Source: Candidatus Poribacteria bacterium
Lineage (GTDB): Bacteria > Poribacteria > WGA-4E > PCPOR2b
DNA: 64,000 nucleotides
Assembly (NCBI GenBank): GCA_965208675.1
Contig: OZ242351.1
Span: forward strand, 288,001-352,000
Direction: 5' to 3'
Made by a program: the position numbers and the translations under genes. Each line of letters starts with the position of its first letter. Within the stretch, counting starts at the first letter, position 1. Below are positions 9,690 through 19,637 of this stretch, piece after piece. A model generated the notes under the pieces. That model was not told the origin of the DNA. It saw only the letters and a program-made list of their open reading frames with translations, and did no database searches.

Positions 9690-10307
9690 TCAGTTTTCTG
9701 AAGCGTGAATTTGACACGTAAAGTTTTTGTCTTCCGTTACGATACGGTCCAACGGGACATCCCACGGCTGCGGCAGTGTATCTTTAACGAGCTGTTCCTC
9801 AAAAGCGAGTCCAATCCTAACTGCCTTTGGGCATTGGCGGAGAAACCGGTCGTAATAACCGCCGCCGTATCCGAGGCGGTGACCATTCTTGTCAAATGCA
9901 ACGCCGGGGACAATAATTATCTCAATCTGATCTGGCGGAAAGGCCTTGCAGGAATTCCGGTCTGGCTCGCGCATACCGTAAGGGTGGGAAACGAAATCTG
10001 TTTGTAGGTTCGAAATATGGTGCGGATTTAGTGTTCGTCGGTGGGTATCCGTCACCGGGGCAAGCGCAGTTTTTTCGTGCGTGAACAGATAATCAAGCAG
10101 TCCATCGGTTTCCACTTCACTCCGCATACTTAGATAAAGCTGAACCGCGTTAACCGCGTTGTCCTCAATCCAATCAACAACCCGGTTGATAATCCTCTGG
10201 CTCAATTCAGACCTTAACGCCGGGGGTATACCGTCGCGTCTACGAATCGCTTCCGCGCGAAGACATTTTCTCGATTGTCTTTCGCTGTAGTCCGGTGTTC
10301 TCGCCAT
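9690..10307 (-). CDS. ygfA: 5-formyltetrahydrofolate cyclo-ligase
   Basis: IIVPGVAFDKNGHRLGYGGGYYDRFL signature; DVPLDRIVTE. Confidence 0.92.
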   Translation of the reverse strand: MARTPDYSERQSRKCLRAEAIRRRDGIPPALRSELSQRIINRVVDWIEDNAVNAVQLYLSMRSEVETDGLLDYLFTHEKTALAPVTDTHRRTLNPHHISNLQTDFVSHPYGMREPDRNSCKAFPPDQIEIIIVPGVAFDKNGHRLGYGGGYYDRFLRQCPKAVRIGLAFEEQLVKDTLPQPWDVPLDRIVTEDKNFTCQIHASEN

Positions 10308-10342
10308 TATTTTGAGATTTCAACCTAACTGTGAGCCACGAA

Positions 10343-11701
10343 TCACGCGTCCCATTCAATCTGGCCAATATTCTTGGTGAGTGCGTCGCGGAAGGTTGAG
10401 GGTTTCATCTTGAGAAGTTTCGCTGCCTGAGTTTTGTTTCCGTTCGATTTTTTCATCGCCCACGCGATAAGATCGCGCTCGGTGGAACGGATAATGTCAT
10501 GAAATGATACCTCGCTCATTGAATCATTCAGACGAATATGGGTTCCGAGTTTCAAATCTATCGGAATTGCGTCGGCTGTGATTTCCCTTCCGCCGCTAAC
10601 CGCTACGAGCCGTTCAACCATGTTTTCAAGTTCGCGTACATTGCCGGGCCACGGATATCCCGCCAACAGTTCAACAGCTTGCGGGGTGATGGGGATAGGT
10701 TGATTTGGAGAAAACAGTTCCAAGAAGTGATTGATGAGAAGCGATATGTCTTCGGCGCGCTCCCGCAGCGGCGGCAGAAAGATTGGGACAACATTAAGGC
10801 GATAAAACAGGTCCGCTAAGAACGCACCGTTTTGCACCTTCTCCCGTAGATTCTCCGTTGTCGCTGCAATTACCCTGACATCAACCTCGATTTGCGCGTC
10901 GCCGCCAACACGTTCAAACGCACCAAATTCCAGTGTGCGCAGGAGTTTAATTTGTAAACTCATAGGCAGCGAATCTGGATCATCTAGGAAGAGCGTCCCC
11001 TTATGTGCTAATTCAAATCGTCCAACCCGGCGCTGCTCCGGCGGACACTCACGGCCGAACATCTCAAGCTCCAACATCGCCTCCGAAACGCTTGCACAGT
11101 TGACAGACGCGAAGGGGTGATGTCCGCGCGGACTATTGAGATGGATGGATTTCGCCAGAAGTTCTTTCCCTGTGCCGTTTTCACCGGAGATGAGCACATT
11201 GGCGTTTGATTCCGAAATCGTCTCAATCAAGTTAAGTATTTCCTGCACAGACCGGCTTTTTCCGATGATGTTTTGATAAATGCGCCACGGCTCAAGGTGG
11301 GACGTCTGGGGGTGGGGTTCAAGCCCGCCTTTGTCTATCCCGTCCCGAATCTCCTTTAGTTTATCCAGCATAGCAATCAATTCGCCGCTCGAAAATGGCT
11401 TCTTGATGTAGTTGTATGCCCCCCATTTCATGGCTTCGACAGCAGTTTCCACGCTGGCATAAGCCGTCATGATAATCACTGTGACGTGAGGGTGGTCCTT
11501 TTTGACGCGCTTAAGAAATTCGATGCCGTGCATCTTCGGCATGCGGAGATCTGTCACGAGAACGTCGAAGTGCTCATTCTGGAATAACTGCAGCGCAATC
11601 GCCGGGGACTCCACCGCAATTGTGTCGTAGTTTTCCTCACGCAAATCGTCTCGCAGCGTGATGCGTTTAATTTTTTCGTCGTCAACAACCAGTATTTTCA
11701 C
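10343..11701 (-). CDS. NtrC-like response regulator (REC-AAA+-Fis HTH), lacking the GAFTGA loop
   Basis: ILVVDDE and TDLRMP receiver; GENGTGKE Walker A; DLFYRLNV; WPGNVRELEN; GNKTQAAKLL HTH. Confidence 0.9.
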   Translation of the reverse strand: MKILVVDDEKIKRITLRDDLREENYDTIAVESPAIALQLFQNEHFDVLVTDLRMPKMHGIEFLKRVKKDHPHVTVIIMTAYASVETAVEAMKWGAYNYIKKPFSSGELIAMLDKLKEIRDGIDKGGLEPHPQTSHLEPWRIYQNIIGKSRSVQEILNLIETISESNANVLISGENGTGKELLAKSIHLNSPRGHHPFASVNCASVSEAMLELEMFGRECPPEQRRVGRFELAHKGTLFLDDPDSLPMSLQIKLLRTLEFGAFERVGGDAQIEVDVRVIAATTENLREKVQNGAFLADLFYRLNVVPIFLPPLRERAEDISLLINHFLELFSPNQPIPITPQAVELLAGYPWPGNVRELENMVERLVAVSGGREITADAIPIDLKLGTHIRLNDSMSEVSFHDIIRSTERDLIAWAMKKSNGNKTQAAKLLKMKPSTFRDALTKNIGQIEWDA

Positions 11702-13428
11702 CCTTCAACCTCAGCCTGCGGTATGGGTAGTTTAATCGTGAACACAGAACCTTGCCCCTCTTCGCTCTCGAATTCGATGACACCGCCATGCTCCCTAACA
11801 ATTCGATTGGACACAGAAAGCCCTAGCCCTGTACCTTTTCCCGTAATTTTCGTCGTGTAAAATGGATCCAAAATCCGATCTCGAACCGAACTCGGAATAC
11901 CTATTCCGGAATCCGTGACTTGGACGTATGCTACTGCTTCGTCTAGCAACGAATCAAATTCAATAGTACCGGTTTTGAATGTCAGCACGCCCCCGTTCGG
12001 CATTGCTGCAACAGCGTTCAGTCCAAGATTCAGTGCAACTTGTTCCAGCAGATGTTTGTCTCCTAGAATGGGGGTGAGACTGTCTTGAAACCGTCTTTCG
12101 ATTTGAATGTGCTTTTCTTCCGTACTGTATTCAATCAGCCCTATCACCTCATTTATTACTTCGTTTAACGACACCGTCGTGAGGGTTAGTTCATGTTTTC
12201 GTGAAAAGTTCAGAAGTTGCCTGACCGTGGATTCAATACGCCGAATGGCTTCTTCCATGAGATCTAGGTATTCTTGGATCTGCTCTTCGTTCTTGGGATT
12301 GCGTCGAATTCGAAGCGTACAGTTGAGTAACCCGTCGAGCGGATTATTGATTTCGTGCGCAACGCCCGCCGCTAATTCTCCGATCGCAGCCATTTTTTCG
12401 GATTGAATCATCTGTATCTCCATCCGCTTCCGATCCGTTACGTCTCGGCAAACTAACACTGTTCCCAAATAGACGCCGTTGTCATCGCGCACTGCAGCGT
12501 AAGTATTTTCGAAGAATTTATCCTTGATTTGGGTGCTCTGTTGTTCAATTACATCGCCCCCTTCTGATAGGTCTTTTGCGATTTGTGGATGGATGCCGTA
12601 CGTCTCGGGGGACATGCTGTCGTCAGTTTCAAGTCCGAACTGCTCTTTTCTAATCTGCTGCGCCGCCTTGTTGAAAAGCGACACACGGTTTTCGCTATCA
12701 ACGAAAACCACTCCCTCCTGCATACACTCAATAATAGACTTGAGTTTATTGCGTTCAAACAGCACCTCGCGCCGCGCATCTTCTAATTCAACCACTTTTT
12801 CCTCAAGGCTCTCTTTCAGCTCAAACGTTTCCCCTTCACGCGCCCGCGCTGTATCCATTATTGAGGTCGCCAAGTAAACGGAAAAAAACAGTGTGCTCGT
12901 GAACACAAAGAACACGCTTACAATATAAATCGGATTTCGCCACAGGTCTTCAGGCAAAAAACCTAAATGGTAATGGTGGATAATACCGTAGTGCTCAAGG
13001 AAAATTAGGGAACTCAATAAAAGCGTGTTTAGCGTTGCGAGGATATAGCTGACTTTCTTAGAAAGGAGAATGCTTGCAATGACCAAGTGAAAGATGAAAT
13101 AAAATATGAACGGGTTTTCGATACCCCCGCTGAAATGGATGAGCGCAGTTAACGATAGCAAGTCCAAAACGATATGCGTGCCGGCGTGCCGTGTGATTGA
13201 TGAGAGCGGTTTTTCAGCAATATGCCTCGGGTAAATTTGCGCCTCAAGGTTGTAGAGTACCATCAACCCGGCAATGAGGAATAGCGGCAGCGAAGGCGCA
13301 ATTATACTAAATCCCCAGCTTGCGACGCTGACGGTAAGAAAGACGCCCGCGATCGCTATCCAACGGAGTTTGACTAACCACCCAATCCGCTCAATTAGTT
13401 CAGTTTTGAGCGATAATTCCCGAGACAT
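11698..13428 (-). CDS. Membrane-bound PAS-domain sensor histidine kinase
   Basis: N-terminal TM helices; PAS-like region; AAGVAHEINNPL H-box; DSGIGI and GTGLGLS G-boxes; overlaps the regulator start by 4 nt. Confidence 0.92.
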   Translation of the reverse strand: MSRELSLKTELIERIGWLVKLRWIAIAGVFLTVSVASWGFSIIAPSLPLFLIAGLMVLYNLEAQIYPRHIAEKPLSSITRHAGTHIVLDLLSLTALIHFSGGIENPFIFYFIFHLVIASILLSKKVSYILATLNTLLLSSLIFLEHYGIIHHYHLGFLPEDLWRNPIYIVSVFFVFTSTLFFSVYLATSIMDTARAREGETFELKESLEEKVVELEDARREVLFERNKLKSIIECMQEGVVFVDSENRVSLFNKAAQQIRKEQFGLETDDSMSPETYGIHPQIAKDLSEGGDVIEQQSTQIKDKFFENTYAAVRDDNGVYLGTVLVCRDVTDRKRMEIQMIQSEKMAAIGELAAGVAHEINNPLDGLLNCTLRIRRNPKNEEQIQEYLDLMEEAIRRIESTVRQLLNFSRKHELTLTTVSLNEVINEVIGLIEYSTEEKHIQIERRFQDSLTPILGDKHLLEQVALNLGLNAVAAMPNGGVLTFKTGTIEFDSLLDEAVAYVQVTDSGIGIPSSVRDRILDPFYTTKITGKGTGLGLSVSNRIVREHGGVIEFESEEGQGSVFTIKLPIPQAEVEG

Positions 13429-13626
13429 AACTGTTCATACCCTAATACATAATGGATTCAGGAAGTGTTAAGATTCTGCCGGCAACCAGCGCCGCGGCAA
13501 AGAAATAAACTCGCAATCAAAATTGAACGTCTATTAGTCCAATCCCGCGTATTGTATTATCTTTGTCGTTGGGTATCAATACAAAAACGCATCGGCGTGT
13601 TTTCTTTGTCCTTGTTGAATTTTGGC

Positions 13627-13656
13627 TTGACATACCTTAAGGTTGTGTCCTATTAT
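13627..13656 (+). promoter_or_regulatory. Putative sigma70 promoter for the ClpX-like gene
   Basis: TTGACA-N18-TATTAT. Confidence 0.5.
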
Positions 13657-13798
13657 CACGGTGCCCTAAGGTTTCGCGGCTAAATCTGTGATTGTGGTAA
13701 TCGCTAGTGCCCCGTTGTTTTAGGTGGACACCAGTGATAGCTTCGAACCCTTGCGTTTCACCCGCTGCGGGGCAATACGCTGTGAATGGAGAGTGACA

Positions 13799-15400
13799 AT
13801 GTCAAACGATACAGAAAACAAAAAAATTCCCACCGCAGAAGAGCTTCAAAGAGAATTTGAGTCGTTTGTGAAAGATAAATACGGCGGCACAGTCCGATTT
13901 GTAACACCAAAAGTAAACCCATCTAATGACACACCGGAGGATGCAGAAGCACCGCCGGCGAAAGAGTCGTTCGACCTGAAATTCGATCTCAAACCAAAAG
14001 ACATTAAGAATTACCTAGATCGCTACATCATCAGGCAAGATGAAGCCAAAAAAGCCTTGGCAATCGCTGTGTGCGACCATTACAACCATGTGCGTGAATG
14101 TCATGAGAATCCGAAAATCGCCGACACCGACTATTCAAAACAGAATGTCATCATGCTCGGCCCCACAGGAGTGGGCAAAACTTATCTAATCCGCCATGTC
14201 GCCAAACTGATTGGCGTGCCGTTCGTGAAGGCGGACGCGACTCGATTCAGCGAGACGGGTTACGTCGGCGCGAATGTCGATGATCTCATCCGCGATCTTC
14301 TGACGCAAGCGGAAGGCGACATTGAACTAGCGCAATATGGGATTGTTTATCTCGACGAAGCGGACAAATTAGCGACGCCGCCAAACCTGATTGGTCGGGA
14401 CGTGAGCGGTAGAGGCGTGCAGATTGGGCTGCTCAAACTGATGGAGGAGACGGAGGTCGATCTCCGCGCCGGTCACGATGTATCTTCTCAAATTCAAGCC
14501 GTCATGGAATTCCAGAACAAGGGAAAAGTTGAAAAGCAATTAATCAACACACGTCACATTCTGTTTATCGTTAGCGGCGCATTTTACGGACTCTGCGACA
14601 TCATCAAAAAGCGCCTAAATGAAAGAAATATCGGATTTAGCGCAACGTTAACCGCGCAAGACGAGAAGGAAGATTGGCTGGAACACGTTACACCGCAAGA
14701 TTTCATCGAGTTCGGTCTAGAGCCCGAATTCATTGGGCGATTACCTGTTCATGTCGTCTGTCAAGATCTATCCGTAGACGATCTCTATCAGATTTTGAAA
14801 GGATCGGAAGGATCGATTATCCGTCAGTATGAGGGGGCATTCCGTGCGTATGGGATAGACGTTTTGTTTTCTGATGAGGGGCTCCAGAGCATTGCGCAAA
14901 AAGCGCACACCCACAAGACGGGAGCGCGCGCTTTGATGACGGTATGCGAGAAAATTCTGCGAGACTACAAGTTTGAACTGCCGTCATCTAGTGTGCACGA
15001 ATTTGTGGTGACCAAAAGAACGGTGGAAGAATCAAAAAGTGAGTTGAATAGGCTGATTGAGGATGGGAATTACAATCGTCAACATGTAATTCGGGAATGT
15101 GTTCGGCGTTACGAGGAAAATTTCCGTCAGAAATACCAAATGTCCATTCATTTCGATGATGAAGCGACAAATCTCATCTGTCAAAGAGCCATTGGCGAGG
15201 GTAGGACGCCGCAAGAGATTTGTGAAGATCTACTCAAGACCTATCAACACGGCCTAAATCTCGTGAAACAGAACACAGGGCAATTCGAGTTTAACCTTAC
15301 CAGAGAGGTTGTGGAGCATCCTGACGCAGCGCTTGAACGATGGATTCGCAATTCTTACGCGGGAAAATCGAAGGAGGGTGAGGAAGCCGCAGACGGCTAA
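13799..15400 (+). CDS. clpX: ClpX-like AAA+ ATPase (no N-terminal zinc-binding domain, extended C-terminus)
   Basis: GPTGVGKT Walker A; ETGYVG pore loop; IVYLDEADK Walker B; RDVSGRGVQ; IGF loop; PEFIGRLP; TGARAL. Confidence 0.8.
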   Translation: MSNDTENKKIPTAEELQREFESFVKDKYGGTVRFVTPKVNPSNDTPEDAEAPPAKESFDLKFDLKPKDIKNYLDRYIIRQDEAKKALAIAVCDHYNHVRECHENPKIADTDYSKQNVIMLGPTGVGKTYLIRHVAKLIGVPFVKADATRFSETGYVGANVDDLIRDLLTQAEGDIELAQYGIVYLDEADKLATPPNLIGRDVSGRGVQIGLLKLMEETEVDLRAGHDVSSQIQAVMEFQNKGKVEKQLINTRHILFIVSGAFYGLCDIIKKRLNERNIGFSATLTAQDEKEDWLEHVTPQDFIEFGLEPEFIGRLPVHVVCQDLSVDDLYQILKGSEGSIIRQYEGAFRAYGIDVLFSDEGLQSIAQKAHTHKTGARALMTVCEKILRDYKFELPSSSVHEFVVTKRTVEESKSELNRLIEDGNYNRQHVIRECVRRYEENFRQKYQMSIHFDDEATNLICQRAIGEGRTPQEICEDLLKTYQHGLNLVKQNTGQFEFNLTREVVEHPDAALERWIRNSYAGKSKEGEEAADG

Positions 15401-15436
15401 TCCGGCAACGCCGTGCGTAAATCAAATCATCTGTTC

Positions 15437-18034
15437 TTAACGAAGTATTGCTAATCGCCCTAAAGCTTGAGTGTTTTCGCTGTCGGCAACCGCGTAGACT
15501 CTGTAAAGATAAACTCCATTGGCAAGCATTGTTCCGTGTTCATCTCGCCCGTCCCACATTGCCTCATTGTAACCTTCCCGTGCCGAAACCCCTTTTAATA
15601 CGCGAACGCGGCGGCCGGCTTTGGAATAGATGGAGATTGACGCTTCATCAGCATCTTTTGTCAATTCGTACATCAATGTCGTTTCTTTACCGAATGGGTT
15701 AGGGTAGTTGCGCAGCGTGTCAATTATAAGTGCGGGTTTTTGGGGAGAATCGTAAGCGGCGTCCCTAATCAGTACTTGCGGGTCAAAATTTGACAACCAG
15801 GTAATCTCTTCATTAATCTGTTTGAGCAGAATCGCTTCATTAATTTTCCGATTGTAGCCGAATATTGTGACGAAAGTATGGAAGGTCTTGACGGTGGAGG
15901 TCAACGATTTGGAATATTCTTTGGCACTGTGTAGCTTTGTGCGAATTAGGGTTTCCTTGCCCTCTTCGTATCCTGCCTGAACCGCTTCCGTTAAACGGAG
16001 CCGGCTCTCAAAAAACTGCACCCAAAGGTGCATCAGGCTGACCGCATCTTCCAGATTTCGTGCAGCCTCGTCGGAAACAGGGCGTGCAATTCCCAATGCT
16101 CCTTCAATTTCATTGGCTGCGCGCTGCTGTTGCGGAAGAAGAGATGAAAAACGGTTCACGGCAGACCGAGCCGTCTTTAAATTAGGCATGTTGAGGGTAT
16201 CGGAAACCGCTTCCGGTCCAATAATGTCCCAAAAACGAGTGGCAAGCCCTGCAGAACCGCGTCCGTAGTTCCCCGCAATGGAAAGCGAACCCGCGTAGTC
16301 GCTAAAGTAACTCTCCAAAACCCATGTGTTTATCCGCACGGCGTTAAGAATGAACTTAGCGGCGTCAGCGCCATACTGATTGACCAGGTAGTTTTCCATT
16401 AGTTGGAGGTGATTTGTCTCAACGTCCCAATTTATCCTCGCGCTCACGAGTCGGTCCAAATGTCCCAAGTTGTTTTGAGTACCTTGGACCGTAAACCCTC
16501 CTAAACCAGTCACAGCAGGATTATTCGACAACTCACGGACACCATGGACGAATAGGTCGCCTTCAACCATCCAAAACGGAACCACCTCTTCGACATCGTG
16601 TGAGAGAATAATTAGGCGGTGTCCCAATTCTCCCAGCGTATTAATTCGATCGATTGAAATTCTAGCATCCGCAGTCGGCTCACCGTCCGCTCCCCATTTT
16701 TGTGAAAAGATTGTGCCTGCTGGCAACTGGCGTGCGTAGTCGCTAGCGGGATCTTTCAGCCAAAATCTATCGTACCCTGAGATATAGAATTTAAAATCCG
16801 GGCGTACCTGCTGTGCAGCCTCAATGATTGTGAACATCACCTGCCACAGCAAATCTTGCCCTTTTTCTGATGTGTCGCCGCACTCCGGACAGTGGCATGC
16901 ACGGGTTTCAACACCCCAAGCCCGCAAGTGGAAACCCGCAAGCGTCGGATACGTCTTCACAATCTCTTGAATCAATCCCCGCGCAAAACTGTGAAATTCG
17001 GGCTTTGACCAACAAAACGGTCGATAATCAACGCGGTTCCGTGAGCCGCTGTAGGGCACTCGCGGTCCCAGAACATCTGGACGCCGTTCAATCACGGCTT
17101 TTGTCGGCTCGCCTGTAACATACATAAAGAGGTATGAATCGATTCCCCGCCGATTCAACGCATCGAATCGGCTTCGGAGTGTTTGGATGCGGTGCTGACG
17201 CTGGTCGAGAGGCTCATCCTGTAACGATTCAAAGTCCGGCGAATTTATGTATTTGACGGCTGTACCGAGTCCATCATCAATGCCCGTACCCGTCCATACC
17301 CCTTCCCCGCCGCTCATGTTGAGCCGATGCCGTGCAAACCAATTCACATTTTCAACCTCCAATCCCGCCCTGACCGGGTAAAATGGCTGTGACGTTTTTT
17401 CCAAGAATGGCAGGTCAAGATTTGGCGAGGGCTGAACCACGAAATCAAGATCTGCCGGTGAAAGGCCCGTCAGCCGCGTGATGCACGCTTCAATTAGATC
17501 GTAAGAGCCATAGAGCACGCCGCGGGATGCGTTGCCTGCGATTGCAATAACCAATTCGTTATCTAATTCGACTGTGTTTAGCACATATCCCTCGTCGCCG
17601 ATATCGGGGCTGAGGTGGAGCAGTCCTTCAGCCAACAACAGGCGAATCGCGGGATTCGAGTTGGGGGTGCCCAGCGCAATCACTGTTGGAGTTGTCGTCG
17701 TTTGACGATTGGTAAAGATGTCCAGTTCAGCGCCGGTGAATCGCCGAATAAATGTCTGAATCTCCTCGGCTGCAAATTCCTCCTGCGCCGACGCGGTGGC
17801 GCCGATTTGAATTGTCGCCATTGGTCGTCTTGACCGAACGATTGGAACTTCTGCCGCATTTGCCCACCCATGCACGCAAACAAGTGTTATGTATAACAGA
17901 AGATAAGCAATCACCGAAGAAAATGTAAGTTCAATGCGCTTGCGTTGCCTAAAAAGCGCACCTCTTTCCAAATTCCGCACCGGATTCCTTATGCGCTTTA
18001 GTGCATCAACCCAACTGCTATGAATTTGCGTCAT
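15437..18034 (-). CDS. Secreted glycoside-hydrolase-like protein with C-terminal NYPNPF/FlgD-Ig domain
   Basis: AAEEIQTFI...EGYVL...RGVLYGSY resembles the GH20/GH67 N-domain; C-terminal NYPNPF...WDGRDEHGTMLANGVYLY. True start may be downstream of 18034. Confidence 0.65.
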   Translation of the reverse strand: MTQIHSSWVDALKRIRNPVRNLERGALFRQRKRIELTFSSVIAYLLLYITLVCVHGWANAAEVPIVRSRRPMATIQIGATASAQEEFAAEEIQTFIRRFTGAELDIFTNRQTTTTPTVIALGTPNSNPAIRLLLAEGLLHLSPDIGDEGYVLNTVELDNELVIAIAGNASRGVLYGSYDLIEACITRLTGLSPADLDFVVQPSPNLDLPFLEKTSQPFYPVRAGLEVENVNWFARHRLNMSGGEGVWTGTGIDDGLGTAVKYINSPDFESLQDEPLDQRQHRIQTLRSRFDALNRRGIDSYLFMYVTGEPTKAVIERRPDVLGPRVPYSGSRNRVDYRPFCWSKPEFHSFARGLIQEIVKTYPTLAGFHLRAWGVETRACHCPECGDTSEKGQDLLWQVMFTIIEAAQQVRPDFKFYISGYDRFWLKDPASDYARQLPAGTIFSQKWGADGEPTADARISIDRINTLGELGHRLIILSHDVEEVVPFWMVEGDLFVHGVRELSNNPAVTGLGGFTVQGTQNNLGHLDRLVSARINWDVETNHLQLMENYLVNQYGADAAKFILNAVRINTWVLESYFSDYAGSLSIAGNYGRGSAGLATRFWDIIGPEAVSDTLNMPNLKTARSAVNRFSSLLPQQQRAANEIEGALGIARPVSDEAARNLEDAVSLMHLWVQFFESRLRLTEAVQAGYEEGKETLIRTKLHSAKEYSKSLTSTVKTFHTFVTIFGYNRKINEAILLKQINEEITWLSNFDPQVLIRDAAYDSPQKPALIIDTLRNYPNPFGKETTLMYELTKDADEASISIYSKAGRRVRVLKGVSAREGYNEAMWDGRDEHGTMLANGVYLYRVYAVADSENTQALGRLAILR

Positions 18035-19491
18035 AGTGCTCTCTCCCTTTTGGCAATGTTTACTACGGCCGGAAGCAAGCCGTAGATTATCCAGAAGGGT
18101 ACCCCAATTCTATCTCCGTTCAACAGGTTGTTGACGGTAAAATGTACAAGCAGTGATAATTCCGCTGTCATCAGGCCAATGATGGCGAATCGATAAAATC
18201 CATCTTCAATACGCGGTAGTGCGCGCAGTCCAAAGCGAAAAAAGGCGAAAATCACCCACATCCAAACCGCAAATCCCACAATGCCCAACTCCGCTAGAAC
18301 TTGTAGATATTCGCTATGCGCCCCTAACCGGTATTGCGCCACAAACTCTCCGATGAGAGACACGTTGGGTTCATAGATCATGGCAAATGCTCCGTATCCA
18401 TTACCAATGATGGGATTTTGCAGAAACATGACGATCGCTTGACCCCAGCGCAGCAGACGCGACTGATTGGAGGCAAACTCTAAACTGAATGCAGTTGAGA
18501 TTCGATTTAACACCACATTGGAAACTCCGGGCACGGAAAAAATAAATAGTAAAATCCCGCCAACCAATACCACAAACAGCATCTTTTTGTGTTGCTCACC
18601 GGTCAGCATCAGCAGAAAAGTGACTGCGGCAATCGCGGACAGCCATACACCGCGCGAGAAACACATCATGAGTCCCACGCCGAAGATTATAAACATCATG
18701 GTCCACAGCACTCGATCGTAATGGGTACGATCGAGTAGCAGTCGGCTAAGCACGATTAAGAAGAAGATTGCCGTGAACGATCCGTAAACAGAGTAGTTCG
18801 TAAACGGGGATCCTCGATATGCAGAAGTCCACTGCCACTCATCAATATTGTAGATCAATACGACTGCTGTCCAGATAACTGCAATCAATGCGGATGGGAA
18901 GGCGGCAACGAAAAGCCTTCGCAAATCGCGGCGGTTCTTAATCAACTCATAAGCTAAGAAACTCGACATTATGTAAACAGCCGCTCGAAATGCACCTTTC
19001 GCTGAGACAAAGAGTTGGGGTGCGTTGAATATCGGCAGAAAGTGTACGAAAATATAAATACACACTGGAATGCGGAATGGAAATCGTCCATCTGTCGTAT
19101 CGTCCCTTTCGCGCACTTTCGCACGCATCACTCGGTCAACAACCTTTCGAATGAAAAAGGCAAACACAAGCATTCCCAATAGCGGTTCGGTGGGCGTCTG
19201 GACTTCGGCTTCAGCCGGCAGGATGTATCGGCGTGAAAAGGGCAAACAGAGCAGCAGGGCATAGAGCGAGAAATCCATCGACATAAACACCAAAAACCCT
19301 ACGATTGCTAGACCGAGCAAGATAACAATCGGCGACTCGGCGTAAATCGCGCATGCTGTACCCAACAGAATACACGCGATGCCATAGGTTGCTAGGTAAA
19401 CATGATGATTCAGATATTTTGAATAATGGGTTAGGTCTGTTTGCATAATAATTATGCTGAAGGATGGCAATCCACAAAAACGGCTAGGCAC
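18031..19491 (-). CDS. O-antigen ligase (Wzy_C/WaaL-like) family membrane protein
   Basis: Many TM helices; FSRGVW; NPIIGNGYG; AHSEYLQVLAELGIVG. Start possibly 19446. Confidence 0.85.
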   Translation of the reverse strand: MPSRFCGLPSFSIIIMQTDLTHYSKYLNHHVYLATYGIACILLGTACAIYAESPIVILLGLAIVGFLVFMSMDFSLYALLLCLPFSRRYILPAEAEVQTPTEPLLGMLVFAFFIRKVVDRVMRAKVRERDDTTDGRFPFRIPVCIYIFVHFLPIFNAPQLFVSAKGAFRAAVYIMSSFLAYELIKNRRDLRRLFVAAFPSALIAVIWTAVVLIYNIDEWQWTSAYRGSPFTNYSVYGSFTAIFFLIVLSRLLLDRTHYDRVLWTMMFIIFGVGLMMCFSRGVWLSAIAAVTFLLMLTGEQHKKMLFVVLVGGILLFIFSVPGVSNVVLNRISTAFSLEFASNQSRLLRWGQAIVMFLQNPIIGNGYGAFAMIYEPNVSLIGEFVAQYRLGAHSEYLQVLAELGIVGFAVWMWVIFAFFRFGLRALPRIEDGFYRFAIIGLMTAELSLLVHFTVNNLLNGDRIGVPFWIIYGLLPAVVNIAKRERAL

Positions 19492-19637
19492 ACTTCTATC
19501 GTCTAGCGATTCAGCCTGCCGAATCTGTGAGATTAAAATGGTGGGTACTGGCGGGAAACCGAAAATGTGAATTGCTAACCGCTAACTGTTCGAGGCGAGC
19601 TTTGACCATCAGGTGTTCCGCACAGGACTAGCTATCT

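Noticed and set aside
9485-10342. 6S RNA (ssrS) linked to the 5-formyl-THF cyclo-ligase gene
   Set aside because: Only about 35 bp lie upstream of the gene, and the downstream gap looks like decayed REPs rather than a 6S rod.
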